64,000 bases of DNA from the human T2T-CHM13v2.0 reference genome, Homo sapiens, in assembly GCF_009914755.1 (NCBI RefSeq), contig NC_060931.1; one strand, 5' to 3'. This document shows, in pieces, positions 40,076-53,707 of this stretch (its first letter is position 1; each line of letters opens with the position of its first letter). The notes beneath the pieces are model-generated. The model was not told the DNA's origin. It did not search any database and saw only the letters and a program-made list of their open reading frames with translations. A program made the translations under genes and the position numbers.

Positions 40076-42383
40076 CTGGGTACCACCCTCTGGAAGAGAA
40101 GCAATGGCCTTAAGATTCTTCAGAAAGAGAGAGATTTCCTGAGTAATGGATCTTTAACCCCTGATCTAGTTTGGTGAATATGGACAGTTCATGGTGACCT
40201 TAATTCTTGATTGTGGCAGGAAGCACCAGTAAGCTATGCCACTCAGGAAGACCTGACCGGGTTCCGGTGGAGAAGCATTTTAATCCAGCCACATGCTGAG
40301 GCTTGTGAAGGTTTTCCTTTTGGTTGACCATAAAAAGAGCCCCAGTGGGATCAACATCTTCCCAGGTCCCAAAAATATAAACAGGGGTCTCCCAGACTTC
40401 AAATCCACCCTTTCAGACACGGGTGTTTTCACGTCTCCGCATCTGTGGCAAAGGGAAGGGGCTCAGAACTGGAAGTTACCAGACAGGATTATCTCCAGCT
40501 TGGCCAGTTGTTTGGTGAGAATTGCTCTTGGGAAACTTCTCTTCCTTATCTTTGGAGAAAGGCCAAGGTCAGAGGCAAAAACAAAGTCTGATGCAGATTG
40601 CTATCTCCATTTTCTTGGAACCAACCCTCTCGTTTTCCAAGGCTGGAAAAGAGGAAGAGAACATCGCTGGAGGAAAGAGACAGAAAAGGGAAGGCGAGCT
40701 CAGCCCCCTCGCCAGCCTGGCTGTGCCGAGTTCCTGGAGCATCACAGGACTCTGCTAGTGCTTGTGGGTTTCTGATCCTCTTGCCCATGTTTTGGGGAAA
40801 TTTTCTGTACTTTTAGCCAGACTCCAGGCCTGGTTTGGCATCACCCAGGATCCCAGATCGGGAGTCCCAATCCCTGCACCTCCTTCTTCCGCCTCAGGTC
40901 ATTACTCTTCCCCAGCCGCAGGCTATGCAGTGAATGAGCTTCTTAGATCCAATTTGTCTAGGACTCTGACACCCATCAGCTCTTTTCAGGTTCCTTTTTA
41001 TGCTCTCCCGATTTGTGCTTCCAGGAGCTAAATTCTTGACCATGGTCACTTCTTACCTAGACCCTTCCTACCCTATTGAGCGCTCTGGTCTAAATGATCC
41101 TGCAGTTCCCAGGGTCCTGGATCCACCCCAGACCTGACATCAATGTCTGAAGGAGACTTTTTCCTGCAGAAAAGCTTTTAAAGAGTGGAGACACTGTAAA
41201 CATTGTGGAATAAATGAAAGATTGAATTAATGAATTGTAGACCACGTTGGATACATTAAAAATTTGTGTTTTTTTATTTTAATGTTTTAAAAATTCATCC
41301 CTATCACATGTCAGACTACACATGCAGTATGAGGTAGCTGAAAAAAATACAGTTTCTCAGATAAAAGTTTTGGTTTAGTTAACGATAGAGTGAGGGTTGG
41401 AGAACAATGCCGGAGAGACAGTAGGTGCTTGGTAAATATTTATCATATTTGCCAAGTGAAAAAAGCCTCAGACACAGGCAGAAAAGATGATGGGGGAGGT
41501 TCATGTAGACCTGGTGGATCTGTGATATTTGGGGGCATCCATGGGGCTCAGGAAGGGAGTTTATTTCCCACAGCAATGAGAAGTGGGGGCTGAGGGAAAA
41601 TGGCCTGCTTCACAGCCATGGTGACAAGCTTCCATCTGATGGTGATGGATATTGATTTTTTCCTCCTCTTCTTGGCCTGTAATGTCCTAAATCACTTCCT
41701 TTGTGCAATTGCCCAAACTCCTACCCCAGCTCCCACAGTGAGGGACCTGAAGGTTAGGGCTCCAAGGGGTGGGGCATCCACATTAGGAGCGGCAGCAAGA
41801 ATCCAGCCGAGGCGAGCAGATGGCGCTGAGACAGAACCCCCATCCTGGGCAGCTTTCTCCATAATGGAATCCACATTAAAAATGATATTATCTACACTTT
41901 TAAAGGCCCTAATGGATGATATTTATGTCTGTGAAATATGTCCCTGACTAAGCCCTACACAGTAGAGGAAGAACAAGCCGTTGGGAGAAGGCTGCTTCTG
42001 AGTGAAGGAAACAGTGATGGATAAATTTCTTTTCCAAGCAGCCAATCAGTAAAATAGGTTTTAATACATGACAAAAAGTATAGTTTGTCCGTTTTCCCCA
42101 CAGAGATGGCGAGTAGTCGAGCTTTAATGTGACTTGACAGCCTTGTGATCCTTTCTGCCATCCTTGTTCTTAGCAAAGTGCTCTAAAAACGCACCTATAA
42201 TTTATTTATGGGACCTGTCAGTTAACTCATGAATAACCAGAATGTTCCAAAGGGCATTGAGACTCGACACTTCTTCCTTTCTCTGGGAAACACTGCCGTC
42301 TGGATCCCAGGGAAGTTAAGTGACGACTTACCGTACACTTTGTGCCAGAGAGAGAGATGGGAGAAGACACAGCCAAATTACCG

Positions 42384-42428
42384 GCACTCACTAGAGCAGC
42401 ACTCACTAGAGCAGCACTCACTAGAGCA
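42384..42428. repeat. 15-bp unit x3 perfect tandem repeat
   Basis: (GCACTCACTAGAGCA)3. Confidence 0.95.
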
Positions 42429-43639
42429 TCTCAGGAATTATGGTTAGGTTGAATAAATTAGGGAAATTTATTTAAAGTCCCCAAAGCTCCAGATTCTTTT
42501 CATTAATGACCAAATATTTACAAAGAAGAAAAATTTTCAACTGGAGACTGAATTTATAGCATTCGGCATCAGAAAATCTCTAATATCCAAAAGACAAGCC
42601 AAAAAATAAAATCACACTCTCAGAAATTTGAAGGTTGGACTCCACAGTTGAATTCTTGGTAACATGGGCCTGAACCAAGCACAACACAATAACTTCACTG
42701 AATGTAGTATTTTGCCCAATATGATCAAGAAATCTTAACAGAACCACAAACTATTTTTATTTTCAAGTATCAAAAGAAAATGTCATATACTGTTTTATTT
42801 TGGCATAGGTCTCTCTATATTCACCAAAGAAAGAAGATAAGGAGCTGTTCTTCAGTGGTTCTGGCCATTGTCAATAACCAAACCAGATCATTACAGGTGG
42901 ATGACAGTTATTGTCAACCTGCACCACCCAGAGTCCCCAGACAGCTCCCCTGGCCACCCCATTGGTTGGAAGCAGATCAGGGCTCAAGGTTTTCGGTGTG
43001 GGCTGGACACCTGCGTGCTGTTTTCACAGTTAGGGATCTAACATTGCACATTTGCTCAAACTTCAGGCCTGTTGCTTTACACACGATATGCATACACACA
43101 ACAGTGGATATCCTGAGTAATCCTTCAATGTTTAAAATGTTTGCGTCGTAATTCCCAGCTAAGACAATAGTGATCACAGACACAATACATAAAGGCAGTG
43201 AAGCTAAGGTGTACATCATATGCACCCTTTACTCATAGATGCCAAACATTTCATTGATTCTCTGCCAAAAAGAACATTCAATATTCCAGGAAAAAATTTC
43301 CTAACAGGTGACGTAGAATATATGGCATTTAATTGAACAATAAAAAATAAGGTACAGAAAGATTCAGACTTTTACTACTTTTACTATGAATCTTTGAATT
43401 TTAGTATGAATCTGTACCACTCCAAAACAGCTCATTGGTTCACTCTAGATGTACACACTAGCCCTAAGTGTATGGAAAATTATAGTTACAAATCATTAAT
43501 AGAGCAGCATTTGCTAATCTTCACACAATGATCGACTTCAGCCTTGGTGGAATTAGGCTTCTGCCACAGTATGAATAGTAGGCAGTTTTAGGAAGCCCAG
43601 CCCCGCCTGGTCAAGGTACCCTGAAGGTGCTGATGACAA

Positions 43640-43850
43640 TGGTGATGACAGCCAGGGGCTGTGGGGTTACCTGTGCCACCTGCTTCAGTCCTTACAACAA
43701 CCCAGGTGAGGCACTGTCAGGACCCCCGTTTACAAATGAGGAAATGGACGCTGAGAGAGGCCACTGACTTGTCCGAGCCCAGCCCTCAGTTTGCAAGTGA
43801 CGGACAAAGGATGTGATCCCAGGAAGTTTGCTTCTGAACCTGCTCTCTTC
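43640..43850 (-). mobile_element. MIR SINE
   Basis: tccttacaacaaccc...cccgtttacaaatgaggaaatggacgctgagagagg...tgacttgtcc. Confidence 0.7.
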
Positions 43851-44829
43851 TTTTTATGAACCTGCTCTCCTAACAGCTAGAATGTGGTCTCTGATCCCCA
43901 ATTAGCAGTGGCTGTAACTGATGGTTGAGAGAGAAAATTCACACACAAATGGTATGCAGATTTTCATGGAGGTAGGGCAGGGGCCCATTATAAAGAAAAG
44001 ATGCCACACTGGAGACAGAATTTTTAGCAAGTATTAACATGAGACAGCACAGGTGAGACAACTGAGTTACAAGCCTCCATCAGAAGTGATCAATCAGCGT
44101 ACACGCTGAAAATGCTTAAACGACACCTGCAAAGCCTGAGCATATTGCAAAGCCTGCAGTGACTCTTTTAGACTGCAGTAACCTAATTCATGATGCTTAC
44201 TCCCATCTTCAAAAACTCTTCTCTAGCTCCTGACTTTCTACAGCAAGAAGTCTCCCCAGTCAGACTTCAGGGCCTCTCCACAGCCAGGTCACCTGATTTT
44301 CCAACTTGATTTCTTTTTCCACAAGTGCTTTGGCAAATCTGTCTGCTAGACACTTTCAATCTCCGTCGCAACATTCACGCTGCTCTCTCCCGTTCATTCT
44401 GCCAGTCTGCATTCTGTTTTTCTATCAATGCCTGCCTTAAGAATTAATGAAATGTGCAAAACCTGATGGTACATTTACAACCCCTTATGGGGTGGATTCT
44501 GTTGTTATCTGCCAGAGGAGAATCTGCCAAAACCATGAGAAAAGACCTAGGATTCGAACCCTGGTTGACACAGGCCCAGAGCCAGTGTTTATCTACTGCC
44601 ACACAAGTCCCAGAGCCCACGTCTCCCATGAGGGGTTCTGAGACCTCCTGGATTTGGTTTGCTTCTTTCTCTAAACTCATAGCCTTGAGGAAAAGCCAAA
44701 TTGTGCATCTCTCTTCTCAGTGTTTCTATGTCTCTGGGTTAGGAGCTCCATGACAGGAATTGTCAGATGTACCCCACAGAGCTCCTGGGAGACACCTGCT
44801 GACTCAGAAGGTAGGCACAATGCATATGA

Positions 44830-45175
<346 letters not shown>

Positions 45176-45789
45176 ACAAGTTAACTTTTTCATAGTGAAA
45201 AAATAATTTGCAACTTCCGAAGATTTACTCTGAAGGCAAGTATCGCAATTTCCAGTTTTCTGCCTAACACACCGAGGCTGGGCTACCTCTGAAGCCCAGC
45301 TTTGTGGGGTCGAGGCCTTGGATAACAGGCAGAACTCGTGAGGGACTGGCCCGAGGCCCAACTGCAATGATGCTGGGACTGACGTGCATTTCTGTGGGTG
45401 AGAGGGTAGGTCCTTGGCCTGGGTTGGAGGGATGTACCCCCCTTCTCCCTGCTGCAGGGCTTGGATTGTGCCGCAGGGCCGGAAGTTGAGTCTACAAGGA
45501 ATCGGTAGAGACCTTGATCGAGGACCTCGTTCCAGCTGCTGGGTGCCACTCGTGGGCCTGCAGGAGGGGTCTGAAATGGCCTGTGAAATCTAGATGCATG
45601 ATCTGCAGCTTAGATCAGCAGCACAGACACTCTCCTCCTTGCAGAGCAACCAGAAAGTATTCTGTCTGGGAAGTAAAAGAGGTTTTCTGAGTAAAATTCA
45701 AGTGAAACTACTGTTAAGAATGACTTATTTAGCCCTGTTGGGAGCTGGGGGTAGGGGGAGGCAGAATTAGGAAAAGGATCAGGAAATAG

Positions 45790-45960
45790 AAAACCTGAAA
45801 TCTGTGCCTAATTGGAACTAATGTGTTGTGTGATCTTAGACAAGTCATTTAATCTTTCTGTCTCATGTCCTTATCTGCAAATGATTATAATAATCACTCT
45901 GTCCCTTTCATAGAGATGTGAGGATGTCCAATGATCTAATAGCTGTGTAAGTGCCTTAAA
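45790..45960 (+). mobile_element. MIR SINE fragment
   Basis: tgtgtgatcttagacaagtcatttaatctttctgtctca...cttatctgcaaatg...gtgaggat. Confidence 0.7.
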
Positions 45961-46224
45961 AAATAAAGATCTGTGGAAACGTGTGGTGGGATTGGCATGG
46001 TCCTTGCCATCGCTGGTGTTTGTTCACCCATTTCCTTCATGAGCATGTCTTCAGTATTGACCAGAGGTCCAGAATTTGGAGTCTTTGCTGACACAAATTC
46101 AGCCAGCATATTCATTTTAGATACTGTGTATGGGAAGGATATGCATGCTACTTCAGATACTATGTATGCTTCAGGGATGGCTCCCCTGTTTGGGCAATGC
46201 CTCCTTAAACTTGAGATTTAACTA

Positions 46225-46514
46225 TGGCTCACACCTGCAATCCCAGCACTTTGTGAGGCCGAGGTATCGGGGGATCTCTTGAGGCCAGGAGTTCGAGACC
46301 AGCCTGGCCAACATGGTGAAACCGTGCCTCTACTAAAAATACAAAAATTAGCTGGGTGTGGTAGCACACGCCTGTAATCCCAACTACTTGGGATCTGGGG
46401 CAGGAGAATCACTTGAATTCAGGAGGCGGAGGTTGCAGTGAGCCAAGATCGTGCCACTGCACTCCAGCTTGGGTGACAGAGCAAGACTCTGCCTCAAAAC
46501 CAACAAACAAAAAA
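46225..46514 (+). mobile_element. AluS (Sz-like)
   Basis: Alu body with cttgaggccaggagttcgagacc; TSD-like CTT(G/A)AGATTTA on both sides. Confidence 0.95.
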
Positions 46515-49500
46515 CCTTAAGATTTAGAGAGTTCCCAGTGGTGTGTGAGGCTGACTGGAGAGAGCTGAGCGTGAAATGTGCAAGAATTTGGCCAGCCAGT
46601 TTAAGTGACACGGGTCCTAGCAGGAATATTTACAGTGTGGAAACCAGTAAACGCTGCAGATGAAGGCCCCACCCTCCTGCCCTCAGCCACCCCAGCCCCT
46701 GGAGCTCTGTGAGAAATACGGCCCCTGGCATGTTTCTAAGGGCAGAGGAGGAACGCCTAGTGACCGACCACCTGGGACCAGAAACATGCTTCCTGGATGG
46801 ATGGTCCTCATTTCCCAGTTCCTTTTCTTGGAATTGCTAGGACAGTTGGGGCCTGAAGTCCAGGAAGGCCCTTCCGAGAGGTGAGACATCAGGGTCTGAC
46901 ACACAGCCCCTGTAGATCTTTCATCTCTCTCTCTCTTTTTAAAATGTGGAATTCTTGTTGATGTGTAACCTTGTATTTCAGTTCTCTCCTATTTTGTTTT
47001 ATTCCTAGGGGCATGGAGTCACCAGTTTCTAGGCCCAGTTAGAAAGCCCCCTGTGTTAAAATCCCCCCTTGGCTTTTCTCTCCCAACTCAGTGGATCATT
47101 CATTCCAGAAATGTTTGTTGATAACTCGCGATGTAACTCAGCATTGTATGCGAAGCCCCACAGAAGTGTCAGAGATGAAGAAACATTTTCATCGTACAGG
47201 AGCTCAGGACTCCTTGAATAGCTGAAGCAAACACACGAAGCGCTTTCCCCAAGGTGCAGTTGTGCTAGTGGATTTTCTCTGTGGCTTTCCAGGGTTCCCC
47301 TGAGTGCCCACTGCAGTGACAGTTACGGACCCACCTTAGTCAATACGACCCCAAGAGCTGGGTGTGGCAGAGAACGCGCCGGAGTCAGAGACAGAATACC
47401 TGGGTTGGAACACAAGTTCCACCACGAGCTGCATAAATAGGAACAGACCACAGGATCCTCTAACCTCGAGGTCCTCAAATGCAACATGCAGTCCAGTTCA
47501 CAGCCTCGAACCCCGAAGCCCAACCTCGACACCCTAAGCACTGAACATTCTCACTCATTCGGTGAATCCTCTTCTGAACTGACACGGAACTATTTTTAGT
47601 CTTTATTTATTCCACTTAATGTGAATATTCAGGTTTCTTTGCAGAAGAATTCATGTGCTTGATTCGGGGGCACTCCAGATTCTCTGGGTTTGTTGCATAA
47701 TCCTCACTGTGTGCACTTTATCACCTTTCTAAAATCACAGCCACTCTGAATTCTGAAACACTTCTGGTCCCAAGGGTTTCAAATGTAGAAGGAAGAGTGA
47801 ACCCCACTGGAGGTAGCTTTTGTCTTCCATCAACAGAACAGGTTTCCTTCACCCGAGGCCCTGTCTGTCTCTGAGTCTCCAATGCCTGCCCCGCCTGCAG
47901 GTGAAATAAATGGTCCTGATTCCCCCATGTTCAGCATCTGAGCTCCTTCCATCGTGAGGCTACAGACAGAACAAGGAAACATCGAAGGATTAAAACATTC
48001 ACTAATGAACTTAACGCTTAAAATATGTAGCCTCCATTCTTCTATCCATGAGGTCAAATTCTCCCCTGGCCAGTGAGTCAGTGATGGTCTGAGGTTGCAA
48101 ACACCCAAGAACACAGGGCAAAGGCAACAGGAGTCAGTTCCAAGGAGACGCTGAGAGCGTGACACAACATGTCAGATTCCAAGTCAGTGAAAGGGACGTA
48201 GAACTCTCCACGTTCTAAGCAAATGGACACAGCTCACAAATGAAGATATGGCAGAGTTTGACTTATGAACAACAGGAGAGAAGACATTTAAAAGATAGTT
48301 ATAAAATATGCACTCAGAAGAGATTGATTTAAGAAGTTTTAGAGAACCTCTTGGTAAAATTGATGCTACTCTTGATTTTCTTGTTGTATGTTAAAAAAAA
48401 GATTCTCTTTAGATGATGTCAGGAAATTCAAATGTGAAGTATGGGATACTATATAATGCTACCTTACAACTTTATCCAGAAGATTATGACATGGCTAGTC
48501 AACACTTCGTTCATTTATTACTTTAAAAATTAGCACATAATTACAATGATAGCATGTTTTGTTGACTAGAAGAAAGGAATATATTTTCATATTTTTAGCT
48601 TCCTATTTTTCCTAGACAAATTTCCAATCTACTCTTTTTTTTTACTATTTACTAAAACATACTGGCTTATGTTTTAACCGAATTCTTTCTGAGCGACCTT
48701 TTCCCTGTGCTGAGTGATCTTGGATGATAAAGACCTTCTGTCTATGTTCTAGAACCTCTTTGTTTTTCTGAGCAGCTGTCTGCTCCTGTAGCTTCTTCTA
48801 CCCAACCCGGCTGCCACCCATTGGGCCTGGAAGCTGGGGAGCAAGCACATCAGCATCAGTCACCCTGGCCATTTGCTGTGGTCAAGGGGATGGAGGGTCT
48901 AGACACTAGTTGACACAGCACAGGGACTAGGGAAGGCTAAACCTGAAAAATACTCCCACGCCTCCTGGAGAGGGACCCAAGGCCTCCGGGCTCCTGCTGT
49001 CCCACCCTCCCTGGTGATCCCTGCTGAGGAAGCCAGCATCATGCTCAGCAAGCTCCGCCTCCACACAAATTTTCACCCTTAGTTCTGGAGACTTCCCGCT
49101 GGAGCCAGACAGGAGAAGTCTGGTGACAGCCCTTCTAGCCCTCGAAGACACCTTTCCCATCCTCTCTGTATCTTCTTTTCCGGGGCATCTTTCAACTATC
49201 TCCATGGCACAGGTCCCAGGACCCCTACCTGGCTTCTCCACCTCCTCAGGCTCCTTATCGACCCTTCTCCTACAACTCTATCGCCAGAAATGATGTGATT
49301 CTTGAGATATGTTATGAACTGCCTCGGTCATCAAAAATGAAGAGTAAATAATAGGCTTTAAGAAATATTCCTGGGGAACTTATGTCTCATTGACAACTCC
49401 TATCGAGGTCAGTGAAAACAAAATCTCTCACAAAATGATATTTTAAAGTATTTTTCTCTTACTTTTTTTTAACAGAGTTAACTTTTTGGACCCAACTACA

Positions 49501-50409
49501 AAAGACTGTATGAACTCATATTCCATTTCTTCTTGTCACAGTTTAGTCATTTTTATAGACTTCTGAGTTATTTTAATAGTCTTCCTTTATTTCTAATAGG
49601 AATTTTAGAAAGAGAGAAAAGTATAACCAAGGAAATAAAAATGATCCAAACTCTTATTGTTGGATATTTAGGTTGTTTCGAATCTTTGCATAGTATTAAT
49701 CAATCTGCAATGAACACTCTCATAAATCATTTTGTGCACTTCTGATTATTTTCTTACTGTAAATGGCTTTAAGTGAAATTCATGCATAAAGACCTGGCAA
49801 TCTTTAAAGCTCTTGCAATCTTGTTGAAACTGGATTAAATATGCAACATGTTAATTGTGTACATTTACATATTTGATAAATATCCTCCAAATTTTAGCTA
49901 AGTGTTCAAAGGCACAGTCTTGGGGCAAAGTAGTTTCTGCTTTTGTAATTTTATCTGAACCTTTTTTCCTCTGTTATCCTAAAATGTGGGTACCTGTACA
50001 CTGAGCAAGCGTTGTGTATTAGACTATGCCTAACATTCACCTGCTTCATCTGGCTGAGTCCTTGCAGCAGCTCTGAGTGGCAGCATCATTCTTCCTGTTT
50101 TTTAGAGGAAAAGCTGAATCTGGTAGACTTTGCTCAAGGTCACATAACTGGAGATCAACAGAAGCAGCCTCCAAACTGAGGTTGGTCACACTCTGAAGGC
50201 TTAATTCTTACATGCCCTCATGAAGACATCTGCCTACGTGTCTGAGAGGTGAGCTCTCTTTCTGACGAGTTGCTGGGTTTATTTCAGGTTCCTTTGGGTG
50301 CCACTTTCATTGCCACATGCGTCAGCAGATGGACAGCTGTCAAGGGGGGTGCACATTTGCTGATGCGTCCCGGCTGAGGCCCCACAGAAGGAGCACCGCC
50401 CCACTGTCC

Positions 50410-50690
50410 CCTCAGTCTGCAGAGAGCACAGAGCAGGAGGAGGTCCTCAGTCTGCAGGGAGCACGGAGCAGGAGGAGGTCCTCAGTCTGCAGGGAGTGTG
50501 GAGCAGGAGGGGGTCCCAGTCTGCAGGGAGCACAGAGCAGGAGGAGGTCTCAGTCTGCAGGGAGCACGGAGCAGGAGGAGGTCCAAGTCTGCAGGGAGCA
50601 CAGAGCAGGAGGAGGTCCTCAGTCTGCAGGGAGCATGGAGCAGGAGGTCCTCAGTCTGCAGGGAGCACGGAGCAGGAGAAGGTCCTCGGC
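50410..50690. repeat. minisatellite, ~35-bp unit, ~8 copies
   Basis: CTCAGTCTGCAGGGAGCAC(A/G)GAGCAGGAGGAGGTC at 50411, 50446, 50481 and onward. Confidence 0.95.
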
Positions 50691-51441
50691 AGCAGGAGGT
50701 ATTGAGGCTGCATCCTCTGAGCCTGTGATTCTCCCTACCCCACAGTGACGCATGGGCCCTGCTGCTTCCTCCCCAGCATCCCCGCCTTGTCCCATGGGCC
50801 CAGGACTTCCGACTCTCCTGCTTCTCCTTGGTCTCCTTTGTTCAGACATTCAATCCAACGCGGACTTTGACGTCCCCCCCATCCCTTAAGGTCCTTTTAT
50901 TTTGGTCTTCACTATTTATTCCATTCTGTGCGCCCTTTGCAATGGGTCCCAGGGGATCCCGAAGGCTTTCACCTTTCCTTTAAGCACCAGGCTGACTTAC
51001 ACTGGTGAGTCCGGCTCGGATGACAGCAGCACCTGCTTCGCGAGCCTCAGATGGCCCACTCCTTCTCAGAGAAGCTGGGCTGGAGGTGCTGTTGTTGTTG
51101 AACAATTTCCTCATAAACTGTGACCGATGTGGTAGACAGTTTGATTTTCCCACACCTGCCCCTCTGGGCCTCTGAGGATGCTTTCTGTAACCTGCACGGC
51201 CTCTGCCTGCCCGCTCCTTGCCAGGGTGCAGTCGGGCTGAGCCACAGAAGCAGACACTGCTCCTGACCCAGTGCTCCAGCAGAGGCCACAGAAAACCCAG
51301 GGAAAAGAGGGGAGTTGCCTTCACATGTGCCTAGGATTTCTTCCTGCTCTTTTTTGTTTAGTAAGACTGAGGATTAAGAGACACACAGGAGAGGGAATTC
51401 AGGAAAATCCAAGGAGAAAAGGGTGCTAATAGAGTTACCCT

Positions 51442-51663
51442 GCAGGCTGTGTGCTGTCTCCAGAGCATGTGAACGTGGTGAGCCGCAGGCTGTGTGCTGT
51501 CTCCAGAGCGTGTGAACGCGGTGAGCCGCAGGCTGTGTGTGTCTCCAGAGTGTGTGAACATGGTGAGCCGCAGGCTGTGTGCTGTCTCCAGAGCATGTGA
51601 ATGCGGTGAGCCGCAGGCTGTGTGCTGTGTGTGTCTCCAGAGCGTGTGAACACAGTGAGCAGG
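51442..51663. repeat. minisatellite, ~43-bp unit, ~5 copies
   Basis: GCAGGCTGTGTGCTGTCTCCAGAGC(A/G)TGTGAA..GGTGAGCC at 51442, 51485, 51528, 51570 and 51613. Confidence 0.95.
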
Positions 51664-53329
51664 CATTCGGGGTGAGCGCTCTGGGGTGTTGTGAAGCCAG
51701 TCCTGCACCAGGAGGATTGGGGACTCCATGACAACTTGATTTTTCCAAGAAAGGCACGACATGCAAATGCATCTCCAAAGAGCAAGAAGGTGGCTCCGGA
51801 ATGTCCTACTGCCCTCTGGTTTGGGTGAATACTTGGCACATCTATTCCGTCCCCAGCTCTCATCTTCTTACTTGAGCACTCCCTTCCCCGCCTCCTCTTA
51901 TCTCCCTGCTCTTCTCACAGAGACCCTCTTCCCTGCTCCTCTCAAACACCCAAATGCCAAGAGGATGTTGGGGTGCAGGGCTCACGGTAACAAGGCAGAG
52001 GCATCAGGCTTTTCTCCACCCTGTACCGCAGGCCCCAGCTGCTCCAGCTCCAGCATGAGCTTCATGGACGTTACCACGACAGTAACAATATTAGGATCAG
52101 TGACGCTTCCCTGGGAGCCACACGTTAACATTTTCATATACTGGGGCTATTAGCTGCAAAGAATGGGACAGAATTGAGACACATTCATTTCTGTGATGCC
52201 TTCCATTAATCACTCTTAACAGCCAAAGACTGTCAAAACAGACAGGTGATATGCACTGTGAGAACCCACTCGTCAGCTCAGAGCTTTGACATTTTAATCT
52301 CCGTCATCTCAACTGCTGGAGAAACGAGGCCGAGATAACCTGGAATTCATAGACACACATGCACACACAGCATAGATGACACCACACACACTGTGTGTGT
52401 AATGATGCGTGTGCACAGATGGCTGTGTGGTATGTGCATAGAACAAATACACAGCACACACAACATATACGCACCCATGGTATACAAAGCAACCATGCTT
52501 ATAAAACAATTCTGAAGGTTAGAATGGGGAGAAGACACTGCTAGGAAGAATAGGGTTGGGGCCACGGCCACACTGACCACTTCTACTCCCCGGGGACTGG
52601 CCTGTGGCCTGCGAAAATACATGCCTTTTTTTGTACATTTCAGAGCCATGTAATCTCTCACAGCTCTTAGCTGTTAGCACACACATGCTTTTAAAATGAG
52701 AGACTTTTAGGGCTCAGAGAAGAATAAGATGCAAGGGAGTTCCAGCACAGGCAGAAGGCAGCTGAGTTCATGGAAGCAAGGATTTGACTCGTAGGGTTCT
52801 TATCAACTGGGTCTCTGCACTGGACACAAATCCCATGGTTTAGGCATCCTCTAAACAACTTTGAAATGCGGGGCCCTCCCTGCTGAGATCGTCCTGCTAA
52901 AGGAAACACCTGGATTGATCATGTTCCCCTCTTTAATGTTGGTATTGACTTTGGCCTAAAAATGACAGGTTTCAAGACTGTCATTAGTCTAAATTACAAA
53001 CAGATTATATGTTGATATAATAAATGTTTTACCTTTAATTTTTGTTTTAGTATCTTCTTATAAATGGGTATCAAACTATGCTGAACCTATTTATTAAGGC
53101 TTTCCTCTGAAAGATGATTTGGTTGCAAAAGAAAACCTTTCTTTATCAGAGGCTGCAGTAAGGTTCCTGTTCTGCTGGAGTGGGCTTCGGGCTCTGGACG
53201 GGGCAGCCGCTTGTGCACACTGTGTACAGCCCACCATGCTGCCTCTGCTCCTGTTATCTGTTGCTCCACAAACATTACTTCTTTTTCCCTGCCTGTAAAA
53301 ACCTCCTCATCTTAAAAAAAGCCTGGCAT

Positions 53330-53707
53330 TTTGGCACAATATTATCCCACCCTATCCCCGGATTCATATGCTGGAGTCCTGAATCCCAGTACCACAGAAT
53401 GTGACTGTACCTGGAGATGAGGACGTTAAAAAGGTTATTAAGGTGAAATGAGCTCATTAGGGTGGCCTCAATCCAATATGACTGGTGTCCTTCTAAGAAG
53501 AGGAGATGAGAACAGAGACACATTAGAGAGGACACCAGGAGAAGACGGCCATCTGCCGGCCCAGGAGAGCGGCCTCAGGAGAAACCAACCCTGCTGACAC
53601 CCTGATCTGGGACTTCTGGCCTCCAGGATGGTGAGAGAAGGAATTTCAGTTGTCCAAGTCCTGCAATCTGCAGGACTTGATTGCGGCAGTCCTGGCAGGC
53701 TTGTGCA
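53330..53707 (+). mobile_element. MLT1B-like LTR
   Basis: cagaatgtgactgta...cattagggtggcc..aatccaatatgactggtgtcctt..aagaagagga...gaaaccaaccctgctgacacc. Confidence 0.85.
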
